DNA of 64,000 nucleotides from an uncultured Planctomycetia bacterium (GTDB lineage Bacteria; Planctomycetota; Planctomycetia; Pirellulales; Thermoguttaceae): NCBI GenBank assembly GCA_963791075.1, contig CAWBRF010000037.1, positions 55,353 to 119,352 of the forward strand, read 5' to 3'. Shown piece by piece: positions 59,582 to 64,000 of this stretch (position 1 is its first letter; each line of letters starts with the position of its first letter). The notes under the pieces were generated by a model. It saw only the letters and a program-made list of their open reading frames with translations, ran no database searches and was not told where the DNA came from. The position numbers and the translations under genes were made by a program.

Positions 59582-60067
59582 CTACGGGACACCCGCGGGT
59601 GGGATTGCAAGCGACGTGCCCCGCCGCAACTCCCGGCGTAGTTCAGTGGCAATCAGGCGCACTGTCTGCCAGCCTGTTCCGCCGCCCTCCACGGACACGT
59701 TGATGTCGCCCACGTTGGCGACGTGGCCGCCCTGACTGTCGTAAGAGGGCTTGGACCCGGCGTTCATCGCAATAAGCTGGGCAGCAAACCGGCGGGTTGT
59801 CGCCGCACTCATCACGTTTCGCCCGGCGAAGGCATTGCCGGGATCGCATCCGTGCCTTGCGAACGGCCGCCGCATCCTACCATCGTTGCCACCGGCTGCC
59901 AGCAGATACGGTTGTGACACTCGCTCGGAGACAAATCGCCTCACAACCCGGATAACCGGGGACAACTGCCAGACGCCACGACAATTTGGGTGAACTGCCA
60001 CACTTTCACTGTAGCAGGCCCGCACAGCCAAGAAAATCCAGTAGGATTCATTTGGGTATTCCCCCAA
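59582..60067 (-). CDS. hypothetical protein
   Basis: 161-aa ORF with an uncertain start. No family recognised. Confidence 0.3.
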   Translation of the reverse strand: MGEYPNESYWIFLAVRACYSESVAVHPNCRGVWQLSPVIRVVRRFVSERVSQPYLLAAGGNDGRMRRPFARHGCDPGNAFAGRNVMSAATTRRFAAQLIAMNAGSKPSYDSQGGHVANVGDINVSVEGGGTGWQTVRLIATELRRELRRGTSLAIPPAGVP

Positions 60068-60336
60068 CCACGGCTAAGGTTTTCACCCACTTCGACTAGC
60101 CGCAGAGAAGGTCGTCAGTTGTCTGAACAACAACGTCAAACGCTGAGGACAGCACAGTCCGCACAACCGGCCACGGTGCAAAGACAACAAAGCTGCGCGC
60201 GGCGAATTCACTCTAACTTCCAACAAAGGCGGTGATTTAACTAATAGAGACCTGAAGTTCACCTGAATCACATCTCTTGCTCGGTTCGAGGTAAGGTTTT
60301 CACCTATGTCGCTAACCAAGAGGGAGAAAAAACGCT

Positions 60337-60927
60337 GTGGACGACTTGACAAGCGAAGAATTGATGACCCTTCACCAGTCGAATGCGCACGGAGCCTTCG
60401 ACAAACTCTATGACCGTCATCACGCGGGTGTTGAGGGTCGGATTGTTCGGATGTTGTCCACGTACACGCCTGAATTTGTCCACCACACTCCTGATCTGGT
60501 CCAGGAGGTGTTCACGTACCTCCATGTGAACAAAGAGTGCTTTATTCCCGGCAGTCGCTTCAATTCCTGGCTCTCTACCGTCGTGAAGCACATCGTACTC
60601 AATCACGTCCGGGCTGAGAGGCGTGAATGCCGCGATCGCCGCCAAACGATGCCACTGTCGCTCAACCCGAAGTTCGCCCTCTCCATCCCGGACCCCTTGG
60701 AAAAGAAGCGGGCCGACGCCGCGATCCTCGAATCCCGCATCGAGGAGGGCATCGAGGTTTTGCCCGCCGAACACCAGGAAGCAGTTCGCCTCGTCTTTTT
60801 TGACGGCCTCACTGCGCAACAAGCCGCAGACAAGATGGGCGTCCCCTTGAGCACACTCAATTGGTGGCGGCGCGAGGCTCTGGCCAAAATGAGGTGGGCC
60901 ATGACCAGGGCGAGGGCTTTTGCGTGA
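60337..60927 (+). CDS. sigma-70-family (ECF-like) RNA polymerase sigma factor
   Basis: Region 2-like (..DLVQEVFTYLHVN..FNSWLSTVVKHIVLNHVR) and region 4 (..EHQEAVRLVFFDGLTAQQAADKMGVPLSTLNWWRREALAKM). Confidence 0.7.
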   Translation: MDDLTSEELMTLHQSNAHGAFDKLYDRHHAGVEGRIVRMLSTYTPEFVHHTPDLVQEVFTYLHVNKECFIPGSRFNSWLSTVVKHIVLNHVRAERRECRDRRQTMPLSLNPKFALSIPDPLEKKRADAAILESRIEEGIEVLPAEHQEAVRLVFFDGLTAQQAADKMGVPLSTLNWWRREALAKMRWAMTRARAFA

Positions 60928-61187
60928 CGCGAATCGTAAACATCCACCACGAACCCTACGACGTACTGATCTGCCGCCCGAGCAAATGGGGAAATCCGTT
61001 TGAGATCACCGACAAGTGCCCACGGGAGCTGGCCATTGCCAAGTATGAAGTCCACATCCGACGCAGCCCCGTCCTGCTGGCCGCCCTGCCTGAGCTGGCC
61101 GGCAAACGCCTGGGCTGTCATTGCAAGCCGTTGCCCTGCCACGGCGAGGTCCTGATCCGGCTCCTGAATGAGTTTTTTTCGCTGTAG
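60924..61187 (+). CDS. DUF4326-family protein
   Basis: GTG 60924 overlaps the sigma factor stop. RIVNIHHEPYDVLICRPSKWGNPF...LAGKRLGCHCKPLPCHGEVL. Confidence 0.65.
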   Translation: MTRIVNIHHEPYDVLICRPSKWGNPFEITDKCPRELAIAKYEVHIRRSPVLLAALPELAGKRLGCHCKPLPCHGEVLIRLLNEFFSL

Positions 61188-61486
61188 ACATGCATCCATT
61201 TTGTCCTATGCGCACGATGAGAAAAGACCTAAGCCACGACCGGCTGCTCGCCAAGAACCTGTCCTACTACTTCGCTTACGGCGGCCGAATGGACCGGGTT
61301 GCGAGGCGATTCGGCCTCAGCGAGGAAAGGGCCGCCCAGATCATCAGGGAGTGGGGCGACCGCTTCCCCGCCCTCCAGGGAGGCGCTACGGAACCTGGGC
61401 GACCAAGCGGAACAGGCGACCGTCGTCATGGAGACCTCGATGAAGGGTGCGTGCAAACACTTGAAGGCTGCCTTGGGAGTGCCGCC

Positions 61487-61911
61487 ATGCTGAGATTCCC
61501 CGAACACCGCTCCCAGCGCGAGGGCTGCCTGAAGCTCGTTGGTCCAAACGACCCAATCCTCCATACGATATGCCGGGGGTTCTTCACCGTCACTCGGGAA
61601 GACATCGAGGAGATGTTCGCTTTGATGCAACGCTACGGCGGCCTGGGCCTGGCGGCCCCGCAGGTGGGCATCAACGCCCAGCTCTTTGTCGCCCACTGGG
61701 GCGAAGTCTTCGTCAACCCCGTAATCCTCGAAGGCGTTTTCAGCTACCCGGCCGAGGAGGGCTGCCTGAGCCTGCCGGGCGTCGTCAAGCGAGTGCTGCC
61801 GCTACAAGACGGATCACATTGCTCGGCGGCGGGACCTACGAGGGGCAAGAGGCCCAAGTCATTCAGCACGAGATCGACCACCTCAACGGCATCCTTATCA
61901 CTGACAGGTGA
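61487..61911 (+). CDS. def: peptide deformylase; one frame change
   Basis: GLAAPQVG and EGCLSLPG are in the ORF 61190..62026 frame. QHEIDHLNG is in ORF 61570..61911. Change ~61800. Confidence 0.75.
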
Positions 61912-61916
61912 CTCAC

Positions 61917-63246
61917 ATGACCAACTTGGCTGGATCATCGCCGGCGGGGCCGCCGCAAGCGGCGTTCGTCGGCATGTTTTGGAACTACATCAAGGGCCTC
62001 GTGGGGCCAGCTTGCCAGCCGCGTGATCGTCTCGTGCGAACTCCGCGGTCCCCTCTCAACCGCCGTGGGAATGTACGTCTGGCAGCACTACCCCACATCG
62101 CGGTTCGGCTTTCGCACCTACATCGGGGCCTCGGCGTTCGTCCGCCCGGTAAAGCGCGTCCAGGTGGTCGGCGTTGAAGTCGTCGGCAACGGCGGTCGGC
62201 TCTACTGGTGCGGCTGGCTCCCCGTCTGGCTCGCCACGCTTCCGACCGAGGACAAGGCGGCCCTCCGCGTCGGCAACGAATACTACTGGGGCGGCTCGAA
62301 GCTGGTCTTCCTTCGCGGGACGCTCAACCTCGACAAACTCCTGACCGACGCCCTGGCCGAATACAACCACTTCCAGGCCAACAGCGATGGCGAGCGGCAA
62401 GACCCGCTATCAAATCCACCACATCTTCGGCACGGCCGGCAAGCCGATCAGCCTCCTCGGCGACACGACCAAGCGGGATTCCGAGTTGAAGGCCACCAGC
62501 GACAGCAACCTGACAACGCAACGGACACTGCAATGGAAGACCGGGCGATCTTGGGGCAAGCCGAATGAACCACGGCAACGCCCTGGCGCAAATGGCCCTC
62601 AGCCCCGAGGCCCAGACGATGGTGGAAGAGGTCCGACGCTGGCTGAGGAGCGAGGACTGGCACAAGGCCCGCGGCATCCCCTGGCGGCGCGGCTGGCTCC
62701 TGCACGGCGGCCCCGGCACTGGCAAAACGTCTCTGGTCCGTGCGATCGCCGAGGACTTCGATCTGCCCGTCTACGTCTTCGACCTGGCGACCCTCTTCAA
62801 CAACGAGTTGCAGATCGAGTGGCAAAAGATGCTTTCCTGCGTCCCTTGCGTCGCCTTGTTCGAGGACATCGACGCCGTGTTCGAGGGGCGTGAGAACAAG
62901 GTCGGCGGCCACCTCACCTTCGACTGCCTCTTGAATTGCATCGACGGCATCGAACGGACCGACGGCGTGCTGCTGGTCATCACCACGAACCACCTCGATA
63001 GGCTGGACACCGCCCTCGGCGTCCCGTCGGCCCAAGTCTCCACCCGGCCGGGCCGGATCGACCGCGTGTTGGAACTGCACGGCCTTGAACGACGCCGGCC
63101 GCCGGCACCTCTGCCAACGCATCCTTCCCGAGTGGCCGGAGACGTGGGAAGAAACAATCCGCCTCGGCATGGACGAGACGGGCGCTCAATTCCAGGAGCG
63201 CTGCTTCCAACTTGCCAAGCTCAAATGGGAGGCCGCCAATGCCTAG
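61917..63246 (+). CDS. BCS1-like AAA+ ATPase with an N-terminal BCS1_N-like region; frame-broken
   Basis: ..GIPWRRGWLLHGGPGTGKTSLVRAIAEDFDLPVYVFDL.., ..ALFEDIDAVF.., ..VITTNH.., ..RPGRIDRV... The N-terminal part is spread over ORFs 61908.., 62023.. and 62387... The tail (..QERCFQLAKLKWEAANA) is in a further frame. Confidence 0.7.
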
Positions 63247-63685
63247 CGTACTTCAGCCCTGGGTCGAACAACTCGGGCTCCGCCACCAGGGCGTCCTCAT
63301 GTCCTGCATCCGCGGCTGCGACAGCGTGCCAAAGGACGACCCCACGAAGCTGTTGGCCAGATGCCTGCGGGCCGTGCTCCTTGTGTCCTTCGATGAGAAG
63401 CCAACCAGCTTCATCGAGAAGGCGGACGACAAGGAGTTAGAACGCCGGATGATCGCCGTACTCAAGAACCACGACCACTACCCGGTCCACTACATCATGC
63501 ACCTGGCACATGGGACCGAGATCATTGGCTACAAGCATCCCACTGTCTCCACCCGCTTGCGATGGCAGTGGTTCTACAAGCAACTGTGCAAGTGCTTCCA
63601 CCTGAATCCCGAAACCGAAGCGGCCCTGGACGAGCGGCTGGGCGCTGAGGAAAACACATTTGCCGCTCAAGCGAGAATCCAATGA
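63239..63685 (+). CDS. hypothetical protein
   Basis: ATG 63239 overlaps the AAA+ gene end. 148 aa. No family recognised. Confidence 0.4.
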   Translation: MPSVLQPWVEQLGLRHQGVLMSCIRGCDSVPKDDPTKLLARCLRAVLLVSFDEKPTSFIEKADDKELERRMIAVLKNHDHYPVHYIMHLAHGTEIIGYKHPTVSTRLRWQWFYKQLCKCFHLNPETEAALDERLGAEENTFAAQARIQ

Positions 63686-64000
63686 AACGTCTGATCCTGC
63701 TCCCCCTGTTGTGCATCCTGTTTCTGGCGTCCTGCTCCCAAGAGCCCGCTCCTGCGCCCTAGCCCCTGGCCGCCCCGCCCTACGACGCCGCCGTGCACGA
63801 CGGCTCCGTCGTCTTCTGGGAAGGCGGCCTGCTGGTCAAGCCGATTTTCAACCACACCGGTAGCGACATCACCCACGCCGCGATCATTCTCTACAACGGG
63901 AGGGTGCCCTTTGTCTACGAGGCCGTGCCGCCTTGCGTCCATAAGGTTCCCCTGGCCGAGTACCGCTGGAAATGGAGGAGAAGGTCCACGGCAGACGGCC
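63682..64000 (+). CDS. lipoprotein with a permuted papain/YiiX-like (DUF830-type) pattern; in-frame TAG at 63760-63762; runs off the window
   Basis: MKRLILLPLLCILFLASC lipobox. After the TAG the same frame reads PLAAPPYDAAVHDGSVVFWEGGLLVKPIFNHTGSDITHAAIILYNGRVPFVYEAV.... Confidence 0.4.

Larger units (their letters stand above)
57539..64000. mobile_element. integrated element (prophage-like) in comM; the right end lies beyond the window
   Basis: A large serine recombinase gene abuts the comM break. Phage-type genes follow (sigma factor, DUF4326, def, AAA+). No 3' part of comM appears in the window. Confidence 0.7.

Noticed and set aside
61217-61486. A small HTH-like gene upstream of def (MRKDLSHDRLLAKNLSYYFAYGGRMDRVARRFGLSEERAAQIIREWG...)
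   Set aside because: It is plausible, but its 3' end is ambiguous between two frames and no family is recognisable. It is not listed as a feature.
1-64000. Programmed ribosomal frameshifting or intein/intron explanations for the frame breaks
   Set aside because: There are far too many sites, in unrelated genes, without slippery-heptamer-plus-structure contexts. Several come as compensating pairs. Indel error, or less likely recent decay, fits better.

Overview
High-GC bacterial chromosome segment. Gene content and repeat types suggest Planctomycetota, but that is inference only. The core backbone carries aroA, argC-argJ, a Tad/Flp-type pilus operon with an FHA-fused CpaF ATPase, a Ser/Thr kinase fused to a caspase-like domain, an MMPL transporter, smc, hslVU, a sigma-54 activator pair and an RsbW/STAS pair. 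There are three accessory regions. (1) A ~13.8-kb element is integrated in tRNA-Leu(UAG) and bounded by 52-bp direct repeats (34191-34242 and 47977-48028). Its P4-type integrase is split by an IS66-family insertion with an 8-bp target duplication. It carries an excisionase-like HTH, a primase-helicase, an iteron array and a large terminase, but no recognisable capsid, portal or tail genes, so it looks satellite-like. A two-gene cargo cassette sits at its tRNA-proximal end. (2) A ~2.9-kb lower-GC islet (50265-53154) is bracketed by inverted copies of a composite repeat. It holds a translationally coupled operon: a toxin-CT-like gene, an immunity-like gene and KptA/Tpt1. (3) A second element with a large serine recombinase splits comM at ~57538 and runs past the window end. 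It carries an ECF-type sigma factor, DUF4326, peptide deformylase and a BCS1-like AAA+ ATPase. Many conserved genes are frame-broken as given: roughly 45 frame changes, and most of the sites I inspected lie at short nucleotide runs. Composite CDS coordinates are therefore approximate. The breaks most likely reflect assembly indels rather than biology. No rRNA genes or CRISPR arrays were seen.
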